Positions 35,847 through 49,750 are shown, counted from the whole stretch's first letter. The stretch: 63,390 nt of DNA, filler included, from Asterionella formosa (GCA_002256025.1; 20 parts of 20 records of this genome joined end to end with filler, not necessarily neighbours in it); one strand, 5' to 3'. Numbers and translations: made by a program. The notes: generated by a model not told the origin, from the sequence alone.

Positions 35847-37146
35847 ATGAAGATTAGAAGGTGCTGCAATGTCTTTATAGCTGCCGTTCTCCATGTGGGG
35901 GCCACGGAAGCTTTCCACTCGCCAAGTTTCACCCAAATGACAGCCGCGAAGCTCAGACCAAAGCCTTCGTTTTCAAAGATTTCTTTGAGTGCTGCACAAG
36001 TATCAACTAATCCAGATCTGCAACCAGGAATTGCCGCCATTGATGCTCAGAATCATGATTTCTATAAGCACTTACACAAACTCCGCGAACAACCTTCGTT
36101 CAGTTTGTACAGTGTTGACATGTTGGCAAGTTGTGAATATATGCCGCAAGAGCTCTTTGAATGCTACAGCGAGACTTGTGAGATTTATCCTGTCGACGAC
36201 GATGAAGTAAGTGACAAATTGGTTGTGATCTGTTTGTAGGCAAGCTCCATAGCTTTCAGCTGCTTACCCATGTACCCCTGCTTTCTGGCACCTCATTCAG
36301 GTTCCTGCAAACATCAAGGCCGTGGATAAGAATGAGCACGCATTTGATTTAGATGGTTGGGCTCGATGGGACATGCCCACTGATGACTACTATGATACTA
36401 CTCAGTTCCCGGAGGACTACACTGGCTATGACGGATCCAAGGTTTGGAACTTTATTCACGAAAGAATCGCCTTTGAAGGATATGGCTACGACGACGATCA
36501 TTGGAAGGCCGACTTCAACAAAGCAGTATCAGGTCTGCACGCTATGATCTCGACACAGATAGTACGAGGGATTCAAGCCAAGATCGAAAGGGGCGAGGGC
36601 TTCTCTGATGAGGAGGCATGGACAGATCCTACAGTAGAGTTTGAGCGACGCCTCGGTCTACGGGGTGAGGTGCCATTGGCTATGGAGAACTTGTACTTTT
36701 GCTATATGTTGTTGCTTGCAGCCGCTTCCAAGGCAAGGACTCGCTTGCAACAAGATTGCGACTCTGGAAAGATCGGAGCCGATGCTGCAGACGAGCTTCG
36801 TGTTGTTCTCGCAGCTGGTCTGCTTGATGACACCGCGGTAGGCATGGCATCTAAGAAGCTTCACGACCATGCCGTCAAAGATTCCTACTCCATGGAAGCA
36901 CTCTGGGAAGCGAGAATGCGAACTCGTGAGCTACTACGAATCATGAACTGTGTTCAATGCAACAAATGCCGGCTTCATGGGAAAATCGCAATTATGGGTC
37001 TGTCAACGGCATTCCAGCTTCTCGTTGGAAGTAATGGCGAAGGAGCTGACCTAAATCAAGTACATCGCGTAGAGTTAGCAGCCCTCGTCAACACGCTCTA
37101 TAAATTCTCCAGGGCGGTCGAAATTTGTCAAAAGATGCGTTCGTAG
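35847..37146 (+). CDS. Ero1-like sulfhydryl oxidase with a bipartite plastid-type leader; exons 35847-36206, 36301-37146
   Basis: PEDYTGYDGSKVWNFI, AVSGLHAMIS, ENLYFCY and IMNCVQCNKCRLHGK (CxxCxxC) match Ero1. GTAAGT...CAG intron at 36207-36300. Leader MKIRRCCNVFIAAVLHVGATEA-FHSPSF. Confidence 0.9.
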
Positions 37147-39452
37147 TGCTGCGCAGCTAGAAGGAACAGTAGTCGGATGATGCGATGTCGGCATACTCTG
37201 TAACAAGGATTGAAAGTAATCACTTTTCCATTAAACAAAGTTACATTTCAAGTCTCAAATTTTTTATTCAATTTCACAGGAGCACACTGAAGCTGTCGAT
37301 GAAGAATGATACTGCAGGACACGTGTCACATCGCTCGTTGACTGGTAAGTCTTCTACACCATTAGCTACCGATATAATCTAAATACATAAAGAATTGATA
37401 GAGCATGCATCACTGCATGAATTTGTTATTGACGAGTATACTCTTACGTGATGAGGCCCTATCAGAGGGGATGACGTTAGTTCGCACATAGATACCACAA
37501 NNNNNNNNNNNNNNNNNNNNNNNNNNNNNNNNNNNNNNNNNNNNTTAATTAATTAANNNNNNNNNNNNNNNNNNNNNNNNNNNNNNNNNNNNNNNNNNNN
37601 CTTGAACAAGTTGTTGTCATGGGGCATGCGACAAAACATGCAAGAGACTGAAGAGAAGCAAACCAAGTTTCGCAGTGAAGCAGTCCCCAATGGAACCGAG
37701 CAAGTCAAGGTAGTGGGAGCCTAAAACCAAGAGTTTCTTGATGCAATGATTAATTAACAAAAATACTACAGAGTAATAATGCAAGAAAGTTATTTATCCA
37801 CTGTATTAAATCACATGATCCCTTTTTTGGTTGCAATGTATATAAAGGTGTATATCACCAATCTACTTCATTAAAATGCAATGATGTGTAATGTTCAATT
37901 CACTCTGCTCTCAAATTCTTGATTTTCAGCAGGAATAAAAGCTAGCTCCCACAACAAAATTCCTTGTGAAAAGTCAAATCAGACCAACTATTTTCTATTC
38001 TCCAACTCCTTGTCTTGACTTGATGTCAAGCCTACCGGTATCAAGCAGACATTTTGAGATTACTTTGTCGTTTGATGAACAATGTTTCTAGAAGCAAGAT
38101 AGCCAATTCGGCAGTGCGATACTTTTTAATTTTTTCCCAAATCTTTGATTCATCAACTCTTTTTCATTTTTCCCTTGGCTTTCATTGTTCTCCAATCACC
38201 TTTTCACTTCTCTCATACAAGTTTAAACAGTTTTAATGTAGCATAATAACTCTTGCATAAAATCGGACAGCTTTATTGTTAATGTGCTTGATAGGGGTAG
38301 TACCAATGGTTTGGAAATGGAAGTTGTTATGACTTGGATATAGACAGTGAAGTGCAACAGGAAATCAGATTGCAATTCCAAATTGTTCATTTCATGAAAC
38401 AAAGTAAAACCAGGACTTTTCAAAAGGGAAAGAAATTGGTAAATATTCTCTCTTATCCCACTCAACTTCAATCAATATACACCACCTATCACCAATTTTA
38501 TTGATCCTAATGGGATTTGTAATACAAAGTCCTTGCATGAGCCCCCCAACACTTCGATTCTCCAGCTCTTTTTATTTCTTTTAACTTAGATAATTTTATA
38601 CAAATATTTACTTAAGTAAGTCAGTATCACTCAGCCTCACAATCTTTGGTCACTTCAAAACTAATTGGACCAACCAAGCAACCCATCTGAGAATCAATCC
38701 TCATAGCAGCCTCTTGTCACGCCAAAATGACCCCATCGGGGGTTCATCACCACTCATAACCCCTCTTCAGTTCCAACCACTTCTGCTTCCAAGCCAGGCA
38801 GATGTACACTTAAAGTTAACACTGGCAACTGCAGCGGACAAGCACTAGTGTCTGTTAATGACTCTCTTGGGCGTTGAAGCTAACAAAACCTCCTCTCTGC
38901 CAAATCTTACAGAAAATGCCAAAATCTACGCTCTGGTCCCTCAACAGCCTACAAACATTGACAAACCTACCTCATCCTCCACAGAGGCGAACTGCACCCG
39001 AATACAATAAAATTAATGCTCCAAGACTTACAAACTTTTATTAGCTACTAGTATACAGACTCAACATCATGGAATCCTAATCGAATTGAATCATTAGGGT
39101 AAGTGATAAATGTCTACACCTATTGATTGGAATGGACCTCATAAAACGTATGAATAGACGGTGTTACATTATGCACTTCAATATACAAATAGGCTTAGTA
39201 TCAATCAAACTTGCCCAGCCCTGGAAGGGTTGGGTGCCTTGATAGGCAGCACACCTAGAGGCATGCTCCCCTTACCCTCACCCTTGAAATTCCTATTACC
39301 ATTCCCAATCCCAATGTCTCTCCTTTTCCCTTCCCGCACTCCCCTACTTGATNNNNNNNNNNNNNNNNNNNNNNNNNNNNNNNNNNNNNNNNNNNNTTAA
39401 TTAATTAANNNNNNNNNNNNNNNNNNNNNNNNNNNNNNNNNNNNNNNNNNNN

Positions 39453-40020
39453 CAGGTATGACGAAGAGCAAGATCGCCCCTATGTTATTTATGCACCGGA
39501 ACAAGGATGGACAAATTGATGGTCTACTTGTTAATTACGTGGATGACGGTATTGTATGTGGGACTCCAAGTGCAGTGGAGTATATGAAAAATGTTATCAA
39601 GGAAGATTTCAATATTACCGAGCAGGGTATTCTACAGAAACACCTAGGAGTGGAATATGTTTGGAAAGAGGACAAGTATGGTGAATACGTGAAGGAACAG
39701 ATTCATATGAGATTGTCCGAACCAGTTCAGAGTGGAACGATGTTACAGCCTCTTGAGCGTGGCAATGGGGAGGATGTCAAGAATATTAGCCCGAGTCACA
39801 AGGATTGTGGACTCGATTGTAATCGAACGAGTCGAATATTGCATTGCCACGTCAATCAGCTGTCTAACGAGATCAGAGATTGAAGATTTCTATGGAAATG
39901 TTAAGTGGAAACTCGAAGAGAGTCTTAGAATGACTTTGCAGGAAGCAAAGATGCGTGGAAAGGAAACATTTAGTTTAGCTTATAATTTAATTTGAGATTT
40001 AGATTATCAACCGAGGAAAC
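39453..40020 (+). mobile_element. Ty1/Copia reverse transcriptase fragment, internally deleted
   Basis: SKIAPMLF...LVNYVDDG...FNITEQG...KHLGVEY match RVT_2 motifs. A possible LTR follows from ~40023. Confidence 0.8.
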
Positions 40021-41317
40021 AGTGTGTTAATTGACAGGAAGGTCAATTAGTCTATCTAGCAGGAAGGCTAGAAGCAGAGACAAGAGAGAAAGTGAGTGGT
40101 ACTAGGTAGTACTACGATCACGTAAGAGTCTACGTGAAGAGAGACCCAACCCGCGGGAAGGAGTACGGACCATTTCAACACAATTCCACTCACAGATTTA
40201 AACGGTTTCTTTACGTGCGTTTAATCCAGTCGTACGCATGAGAGCAAGATACTGCTAATTCATTTATTCGAATAACATACGGAACTCAATCTTGACCATC
40301 TCTTTTTGAGGTTACTTCGTTTTCTTTGTAGGTTTTCAAGATGTGAAGACATATCCCGACGTGATGGAGTTCTGCACTGTGTAGCAATGACCGAATGATC
40401 GAAGGGCTGACTTAGCGGTAATTTTGCTGAATCAAAGAGTTAGATACCTTTATCCCAGATTAAATTGTTTATTTAAGCAAACTACCGGTACCAGAACTTG
40501 CTAGTGGTCAAGTTGTGACTCATGGTGGGTCCGCCAGCGGCAGGAGTCCGTTCGGTGAATACCGGTATGTCGAGATGTACAGGACATACCGGCAACAACT
40601 GGAAAATATATTAGAGTACCAGGAGGTCCTGTTACCGTAACTGATGCTGGTCCTGCAACCAGTGCCAGGGCAGCTTTACCGGTACCTGGTACCAGGTACC
40701 AGGGTACCAGTAGCAGGTACGCACCGTTGTACAGAAGTCTTTGAGTAACAGGTACCGGTACTTCGGCGGCGAGGCAAGATCAGCCATTTTTTTTTCAATA
40801 CCAGGAAACCAATACCTTGCAGGAGATACCAGAGGTGCCTCAAGATGACAACCTTTCTTCTGATATCTTTGTCACAGCACTCTCATCAACAGCTCCATGT
40901 GGCATCACCACCACAACAGGCACGTCCTGGCGCATTTCCAGTACGGGGATCAAGAATCACTCCACAGCATGATTCCTTTTTGAATGGTGACAATGATTTT
41001 GCCACCCATGAGATTCAGAAGTGAACAAGGCCAGCTGGAACCTGCAACACTATTCAATGCTGAACTTGTGGTTGATCCCGAACTTGCCAGCAGTGCCTCT
41101 CTTGTTGACGTTGAAGCAGAAGAAACAGCCCAATGTCAACGTCAAGTAAAGACTGCTTTGTTAATATTTTTGGTAATTGACATCTTCGTTTCCATCCCAA
41201 TTCANNNNNNNNNNNNNNNNNNNNNNNNNNNNNNNNNNNNNNNNNNNNTTAATTAATTAANNNNNNNNNNNNNNNNNNNNNNNNNNNNNNNNNNNNNNNN
41301 NNNNGATTTCGCCTATT

Positions 41318-41401
41318 GACCGACCAACAGTTGCTACACTTCCTCCTGATGCACCCCCAGACCGACCAACAGTTGCTACACTTCCTCCTGATGCACCCCC
41401 A
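41318..41401 (+). repeat. 42-bp tandem repeat x2 within a Pro/Thr/Ser-rich ORF end (41305-41517)
   Basis: gaccgaccaacagttgctacacttcctcctgatgcaccccca twice (DRPTVATLPPDAPP). Confidence 0.85.
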
Positions 41402-42141
41402 GTTTCAGCTGCATCTCCATTCGCTTCTCCTAGCCCAATCACAATGGGTCCTATTACATCTGTTTCTCCAGTGATTTCGCCTATTGATCGGCCAACACTT
41501 GCTACAATTCCTTGTTGAACAAAGCACAGTGTAATATGCATGTTCCGCCAGCGTGGTGTTTACACAATACACATGCTGGCATATACCGGTATATGGCTAA
41601 AACAAGGAAAGACGACACGACAATGAATGTGATGGCTGGTTGTTGAGGATACCGGTATGTGATATGCATCAATCCATATCACAAATCATATTATAGTGAT
41701 GTACATATCAACGCATCCGTATACTTAGATCCTATCCACTGTATAATACTATCATATTATTAAATATTCTTTAACTGTATACATTAAACAACAAACACAT
41801 ATATTAATTAACATACTTTATGATTGCTTGATTTATTTTCTATGATGTCTTGGTAACACTTGCGTACATATTTTATCGTATTTTATTATCATTGTATTAT
41901 TTTAACATAATCATATTTTGATCAAAATTATATCATAAACATTTGATAAAATCATCATAATTTTATGATCAGTGTATCATAGTTCTGTGGTGTACTTTAT
42001 TCATTATTACGTATCATACTTTGGTGATGTATGCATCGATGTAACCTTATCATGATATCACAGTATCATCTTATCAATCATGATGAGATGATTGGGAAGC
42101 AACTGTATTCTGTAGCGAAGTCACTCCGCCTGTAATGTACT

Positions 42142-42595
42142 AAAGTCGACAGTGCACATACCGGTACTCACACGCTAATCAGGTTTGAGGCAACGGACAG
42201 TGGTTCCAATGAGCGAATGATGATACCACGGGTACCAATTTTTCCAACGAAAGAACTTGTCTCTCTATTGATGAGGATGACACGGACACAGACACCGACT
42301 TTTCCAGGAGCAAACAACAATGAAGAGACCCACTTGTCGCTCTATTGATGGTAACAAAGATACGGACAAGTTCAACAGTGAATACAAGAACAACATACCA
42401 TTGAAAACAAGTCGACAGTGTGTGCACGCACACGCCAAGCAAGTTTGAGACAACGGACCATTCCAACAAGCAAATGACAATACAGATATCAAATTCTTCC
42501 TACGAGCAAACAACAATGAAAAGAGCCACTTGCTTTCGCTCTCTTGCTTGTTGGTATCAAAGATGCGGACAAGTTCAATAGTTAATTCAAGTACA
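42142..42595. repeat. Diverged tandem duplication
   Basis: aagtcgacagtg...gtttgag.caacggac and gagcaaacaacaatgaa...cggacaagttcaa each occur twice in the same order. Confidence 0.7.
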
Positions 42596-43542
42596 GTATG
42601 CCAAATGCAGAAACGAGCGAGCGATATGAAAATGAATTACATTCTAATCAGAATCTTTCTATAACTATAGCTATGTGGACAGTAGTCTGTTACGCACATT
42701 TTCGTATCTCTTTCTATGCTGAATCTCAATAGTAGATGTAGTATCATGTGAAATTTAAAATGTCAACGAGAACAAGTAGAATGTGTTTGTTTTTGGGTTG
42801 ATTGGTGAAATTGTCATGCTGAAGTCGACGAAACAGATGTACTTCGTGCGCTGTGTGCGGAACCATTACAAGTTCGAATGATTTCTTCTCTCCTGTAAAC
42901 TCTTAATTGAATGATTATGAACAAAGGTCCACTGCACATGACGATTACTCGAAGATATAAAGATCACTTGACCAACAAATTGAAGACGTTATCGCAAACA
43001 TTCATTCCGCTTGTCATCGCTAGTATTTCGTTGTTGTTGCAAAAATCGGAGTGATGANNNNNNNNNNNNNNNNNNNNNNNNNNNNNNNNNNNNNNNNNNN
43101 NTTAATTAATTAANNNNNNNNNNNNNNNNNNNNNNNNNNNNNNNNNNNNNNNNNNNNGCAGCTATGGATGTGAAAGTGTCAAATCTGTTTGTAAAACATT
43201 GTTTTGAATTGTGCATCTATAAATTACATGAAAAAATCGCATGTGGTGACTTCAATTTTTGTGATTGCTTTGCAATTTTATTTTCGATGTTGTGTTTGAT
43301 ATACGTATCAAATAGGAAACTTTTGTTCTCAATTTTTGTGGAGATTTTTGCTATTTTCATCATGGTCAAGACTGCAACAATAGCCATGATGCAAGATCCT
43401 CCAGCTGCTCACAACCAGCCCACTACACTGCATGTAGCATTTATGTATACAAAAAATGCATTATTTTAGTAATCATATAGGAGTGGCAACGGGGTATGCC
43501 TCCTGCTTTACTCTGATGATACTCCCAGTCATTGTTCATAGT

Positions 43543-43645
43543 TACTCCTTCTGTTCATGTATAATTGCAACATACTCAGCGATTTACCCAGCTTGATCCA
43601 CATCCTCTTATCAAGCCTTCTCTAGAAGCAATACGCATTTTCTAC
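43543..43645. mobile_element. Truncated end of the Stowaway-like MITE family
   Basis: tactccttctgttcatgtata...ctcagc...acccagct...tagaagcaat aligns with 11971-12080. Confidence 0.7.
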
Positions 43646-45489
43646 AATGCAGTAGAAAGGTACGTCGGTTAGATTAGTACATTTGCTCGAGTATAGCGCT
43701 AAATAGCGATAGCTTACTTTGGATCGATCAGGGTGGGCTGTTGAAATTACTTGAATTTCGCTAGCCAGCATAGTGGTTTTTGGTATGTGATAATCAAGTT
43801 TCTTTATCCAATACTTTTAATTCTATTTCATCAGTTATCGATCATATAAAAATTAAAATCCAATTCAAAACATAGAAACAAACAAAGTACATGTAGAGAA
43901 ATAAATCATTCTACTCAATTCGCTATGGTGGGGATGGCAATTGGATTCATTGCAGGCGATGTTGGCTGCCAAAACCCTGCAATAAAGTGAAATCAAACGC
44001 AAACTATAGTATAGTTTTCAAAAAATTCCATCCATAATGCGCTCGTCCATGAATTGATTCGCGAAATTCGATTGCCTGTTCCAATACCTCTAATTGAATA
44101 GGTAAAAATCACTGTCTCTGCAATGCTTCTTGTCCCATAAGTGAAATCTTTTAATCATTGCCGCCATAACACATTAATCTTTTTCAAAGAGTTCTGCAAT
44201 GTAATGAACACCGAATTCAATTTCCTTGTACAGAACAAACCATAAGCCCCTTTAACAGCCTCAATCAACAAGTCAACATCATCCCTAGCTAGATTTTTCA
44301 ACTGACAATCCTGTAAAGCAAGAAAAAGGCCCATCATTCACATTCAGATCAGGATAATTCAGCGGTTGCAGTGGTGCTAGAGTAATATTCCATCCTATCA
44401 CACTTTCTGCTTCTATAAAAATTGGATATTCCGCCAGTCTCAATACAAGGCGACGCATTTTCGTGTTGAAGGAATACAGCTCTGAATTAAATTGTTCCAT
44501 CTTCCAGCCAATTCGCATATATCGCTGAAGTTACCATGTTCATAATACATAATCTGCATAAATTTCTTTTGTTACATTCACCAGCTTTGTCTCTCTAAAA
44601 CCCTGTCTCTATTGACCGTCCGTTTCATCATTGCTATCAAGGTTCCTTGTGATGTTGCGTAGCAAGAAATCGACGATGAATTGACACTGTTCTCGTGGCA
44701 AGTCCTTCTTCTTTTTCATATTGGCTGGCTAGAGATGGGTCCAAGAAAGAGGGGAGGGGGGCGGAGATAACATTCCCAAAGGGGCACGATTCCACAAAAA
44801 GCAAGCCAAAAATTGAGTTCAGTTTCACCTAGCTATTTCTAGAATACTTAGAACGTCATTCGATTCTGAATATTTGTTGAATAGGGGGGGGGGGCTTTTT
44901 GCCGGANNNNNNNNNNNNNNNNNNNNNNNNNNNNNNNNNNNNNNNNNNNNTTAATTAATTAANNNNNNNNNNNNNNNNNNNNNNNNNNNNNNNNNNNNNN
45001 NNNNNNAGCTTCTCATATTTTCATACAGAAAAATATAGTACAATCGGGAATAAGCGTCAACAATTTTTCATAGAGTCCAATTGCTCCGGAGTTGGTTACA
45101 TCCACATGAAGATACAAGGATTCCACATTACGCTGGGGGTCCGAGTTCCGTATTAACCCTATTTCAAGCCCTTTGAATGTACAGGAACCACAAACAAAAA
45201 ATACTGGTCTACAAACTTACGTCTCTTTACCACAAATCTTATGTAGGACGATATGAGAAGAAAATTAGTATACTTTACTAGTTCTGATTTTCTTGCAGCA
45301 AAAACTCGAGAAACTATAGGCACTGACACCAAACAGCAATTGTTGACGCTTATTTTAAATATGATAGAGAAAATGCAGTTGTAACTCAAAAGAGCATCAT
45401 ACATAACATGTATACATTAAACCATCATAAACCCAAGGAGAGGCAATCCACGAAATGAGGACTCAACATCTACTCAACAACATTAATTT

Positions 45490-46620
45490 TCATTCCACCA
45501 TGAATGGTAAGAATGAAATGGGACCAGATCTCGCAGACTCATTGAAAACATCATTTATCCATGGATAGAGACGTGCTGTCAGTACTGATGTTCTTTGTTT
45601 TGCATCAGCAAGAGTCATACTTTTCACTAGTCGAACAACTTCAGTAGGTAATTCTCCGCTACTTCTGTAGTTTTTCCTTTTTTTTGCTGGCTTACTTGTA
45701 CTACCTGCTGACATCATTTTTCCCAAACAACTGCATAGTAACACAATAGCGGATCGTTCAGCTGCAATGACCTCGTTGATACACTTATCAGGTGATACCC
45801 CAGTCAGCATGTAACGAATCGTAGAACCCACAGAATAAGCATCGGCTACCATTCCATAGTCGCTTGTAAAGTTTGATAGGGCGCGCTCATGATTAGAATT
45901 TTTTTTCAATCCTTTCTGAATTTCTGGTGCTGCATAATCTCTGTTTCCAAGAGCACTCAACCTGCGAACAATGGTTTTGGACAGGGTTCGATCGGAGGCA
46001 TTTAGAGATCGTTCCAAATCATGTGAAGGAAGAAATTTGCTGGATAGTTCGGAATCATCCACATTTAAATCTTGTGGACCCAAGGCTCGAGCGAACCCAA
46101 AATCAACTAGAGTCAAATGCCATCGTTTCAGCATCGCAGAGAACGGTTCCATAGGGTCCTCAATGACGTTATCCTGAGTAGCCCCAGTAATAATAAGATT
46201 ATCCGGTTTAATGTCTCTGTGCATCACGGCATGTAAATGAAGGAAGCTGATGACGTCCACCAGCTGAGCAGAAACTACTCGACAGAAACTCATTGACGGC
46301 GCCCCAACGAAAAGCAGCAATTCATCGAGAGTTGGGCCTGGTATGTAGGTCAATGCCATCACAGTGGGTTTGCCTTCGCACTCCCAAGAGTCCTCTAACT
46401 GCATGATATTAGGGTGCTTCAAATGAGCAAGTATTTCCAGCTCGCGATGAGCATAACCTAGGTCCATCTTCGAGCCTCCCACCACTTTGATCGCCGCCAG
46501 GTGCTTTGCTGAGGACTTTGATTTGGCGAGAACAACAAGGGCAAATCCTCCTTTCCCTAAAATGCGGACAGGCTCGTATTCTTCCTGCACTGCAGGTGGC
46601 CAATGCTCTGGGGCTTCCAT
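45490..46620 (-). CDS. Ser/Thr protein kinase (CAMK-like)
   Basis: LGKGGFA, AAIK, HPNIMQL, HRDIKPDN, VDFGFA, YAAPE, DAYSVG; intact 376-aa ORF. Confidence 0.92.
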   Translation of the reverse strand: MEAPEHWPPAVQEEYEPVRILGKGGFALVVLAKSKSSAKHLAAIKVVGGSKMDLGYAHRELEILAHLKHPNIMQLEDSWECEGKPTVMALTYIPGPTLDELLLFVGAPSMSFCRVVSAQLVDVISFLHLHAVMHRDIKPDNLIITGATQDNVIEDPMEPFSAMLKRWHLTLVDFGFARALGPQDLNVDDSELSSKFLPSHDLERSLNASDRTLSKTIVRRLSALGNRDYAAPEIQKGLKKNSNHERALSNFTSDYGMVADAYSVGSTIRYMLTGVSPDKCINEVIAAERSAIVLLCSCLGKMMSAGSTSKPAKKRKNYRSSGELPTEVVRLVKSMTLADAKQRTSVLTARLYPWINDVFNESARSGPISFLPFMVE

Positions 46621-48442
46621 CTTTCTTACGGTTGTGATAGTGTTAGCGTCGTGTCTGTGGTCGGACTGAGCGACACAAATGTGACATAAAAGACTTTTCA
46701 GATCTTTTCACGCAGATAAAAACTATTATATATGTACCTGTAATTAAATACATACCNNNNNNNNNNNNNNNNNNNNNNNNNNNNNNNNNNNNNNNNNNNN
46801 TTAATTAATTAANNNNNNNNNNNNNNNNNNNNNNNNNNNNNNNNNNNNNNNNNNNNTATTCCAGATACATCAAAGAATAGCTACGCTCCTGTCTTCAAAG
46901 GTAAGGAACTAGTACGATGACAAAGAAAATCTAATGAGACATGAAAATTACGAAACCAGAATCACTCTGTTACTATAAATAGACGGCACAGTCTCATGCT
47001 TCTTTGTGCATATCGCCTGCTATGCTGCGTTTCAATTGTAGATGTATTACGTTCTTGTTAGAGAGACGATGTTACGGAGAAGTAGATTGTGCTGTTCTAC
47101 TATAGTAATGGATGTTGTTTACTAGCTATGATTGAGGTTCTTGTAACACTGACCGATGCTCTGGTGACAAACCGGAAATATTCGTCTTGTGTGATGAGCC
47201 ATTTCGTTTTCATTGGATTTCTTTTCAAGCTCTTAACGGATTGCATAGTACGAATATACTGTGCAATGTAGATGATGATTCATCGAAGACATATGATGAC
47301 TTGAACGACAAATGAAGATTTTATCACAAAATCTCGTTCCTCTCGACATGGCTGCTTTGTCGTTGTTGCAAGAATCAGAGTGAGGACTGGAGAGGATGAT
47401 GAGCCATACCACATTACTTTCACTGGTACATTCTCCTACCAAGAAATTTAAATAAAGGAACCTAAAAGAAACAATACATATAATAATTAAATTTCCGTAG
47501 TCAAAAGGGTTACTATTTAAATTACGAGGGCATTTATCACAATTATTAGATGATATAACGAAAAATTATGATCAGATGATCATAATCCTATGATGCATCA
47601 TGGAAATATGATGGTTTTTATTTGCACATGTAGTTTGGAGAAAACGTTGCTAGGGTTCTTTTAAAAACCGGCTTGGAACAGGGAGTTTGCTGCTATGAGT
47701 TCCCATGATTCGAGTGTCCATTTGAATATTTGAATTAAATAGGAGTCGGCGCCAGATAGACAGAGTTCCATTTTAAACAAACAAATATGATATTTAAACG
47801 TTTATACTATATCCAGGTTGCTCAATGTAGACATAATTTTGTTCCACGCCAGAACACATATATACTTCAAGCAAGAGTATGCCCAATATATTGAATCTTT
47901 GTTGCTGTATGTAGATTTAACATTACTCTACCCCCAAAAGGCATACCGGTATTACCCTACACTCAAAGGCACATACCGGTATATAAACCAACACCGGAGT
48001 AACGGTTTACCAAGGTACCTACCGGTACCCAATGACGACGGATGATGAAACTACCGGTAGTACTTATTTTACCTACCAGGTACCGGTACATTACATCTAA
48101 TACATGTGGTTCAAGTATGGCTGGCGTAATTTTACAAGACCGGGATACTTCGGCCGATCTGGAGCAGGTGAGTAAAATCAATTCAACCAATCAGAATATG
48201 TGTAGTGACGCGGGAACTCACCCTGGAGTCTTTTCGGACAGAGAATTATTCAGCAAAACGTACCTACGCAAGACTCTAAGTCTACGGGGATGTTTTTTCA
48301 CGTACTAATTCCGATTCCAATATTTTGGCAACTGTTGAAAAAGCCGATCGGGTCGACTTTTTGGAAGAGGATTGCTCTACATCTACGGGGTTTCATGACG
48401 ATAAAATAGATAGCCGTGTACCCTATAACGTCAGGAGTTAAC

Positions 48443-48562
48443 TTCTGGAGAGAAGTGGCAGTTATGGATCGTAGATCTTTTGAAAAGCTTCGTAGCCCCC
48501 TTTTTCACTATGTTTGCGGTAGTTACGAATCTCTGATACATAACTGCCACTTCTCTCCAGAA
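48443..48562. repeat. Perfect 24-bp inverted repeat / 120-nt hairpin
   Basis: ttctggagagaagtggcagttatg (48443-48466) and cataactgccacttctctccagaa (48539-48562). Confidence 0.9.
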
Positions 48563-48986
48563 ATGGGGTCCTTAGGATATCTGTATATAGATCATACCCC
48601 CCCCCNNNNNNNNNNNNNNNNNNNNNNNNNNNNNNNNNNNNNNNNNNNNTTAATTAATTAANNNNNNNNNNNNNNNNNNNNNNNNNNNNNNNNNNNNNNN
48701 NNNNNATTTACATGTCACAGCACGGGTTTTTTCACATACACCCTACACGGTGGTGATTGTTACAACTACTGACTTGTCAATAACTTCATCAATATTGGAG
48801 CAATCCATACCTAAGAACCACTCAACTCATTGGAAGATAGTACCGAATAAGATGGTATTCCGTTGATTCACAATGGATCAATGCTACTCATCATTTACAT
48901 GTCACAGCCCGGATTTTTTCACCTACACCCTACATCTAAGACGCCGTTTACGGCACTTTTTCGAATTTATGTCTAAAGTGACGTAT

Positions 48987-49063
48987 TTATGCTACTTTTT
49001 TAAAATATTATGTTACTTTTCTAAAATATTATGTTACTTTTTTGAAATATTATGCTACTTTTT
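48987..49063. repeat. 21-bp AT-rich minisatellite x~3.5
   Basis: ttatg(c/t)tacttttt..aaata repeated. Confidence 0.8.
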
Positions 49064-49232
49064 CCCTAATTTATTCGGGTTAAGAGGAAGATTCACACAG
49101 TAGAATTCAGGACACGTAGTAGTAGTTGATGTTGTAGACACATTATTAAGTCATTGTTGATTGTAGAGATTACAATAGCCTGCAGATTGGAAATGAAGCA
49201 CCGTTGGTACTCGTTGAGCATCGTTTAGCATC

Positions 49233-49750
49233 GCATGTCGCCGTAGTGAATCGAAATTGAGATGTGCCACAATGGCCTTCTCCGTTTCGGAGCAGCTACA
49301 AATAGTCAACAGCGATAACTCTAGCAAGTACAATATAGAAAAAGAATGAGAGGATGAGAAGCTGACAACCATTGAATTCGTAAAATAGTTAAGAAACAGC
49401 TGTTGCATATTTTAAATATTCATTGCATGTCTCCGTAGTGATTCGAAATTGAGATGTGCCTCTATGGCTGTCTCCTTCTCGGAGCTGCTACAAATATTCT
49501 ACAGCGATAACTCTAACAAGTACAATATAGAAAAAGAATGAGAGGAGGAGCAACTGTCAACGAATGAATTCGTAAAATTGTTTAGAAACAGCTGTTGCAT
49601 ATTTTAACATTCAATGCATGTCGCCGTAGTGATTCTAAATTGAGATGTGCCTCAATGGCCTTCTCCGTTTCGGAGCTGCTACAAATAGTCTACAGCGATA
49701 ACTCTAGCAAGTACAATATAGAAAAAGAAGGAAAGGATGAGCAGCTGTAA
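49233..49750. repeat. Satellite A, ~192-bp unit x2.7
   Basis: gcatgtc.ccgtagtga at 49233, 49425 and 49616. Confidence 0.92.

Noticed and set aside
40984..41517. One membrane-protein gene spanning the gap
   Set aside because: The two parts are on different concatenated contigs, so continuity cannot be inferred.
43950..44640. Frameshifted minus-strand ORF pieces
   Set aside because: Possible pseudogene, but no identifiable motif.
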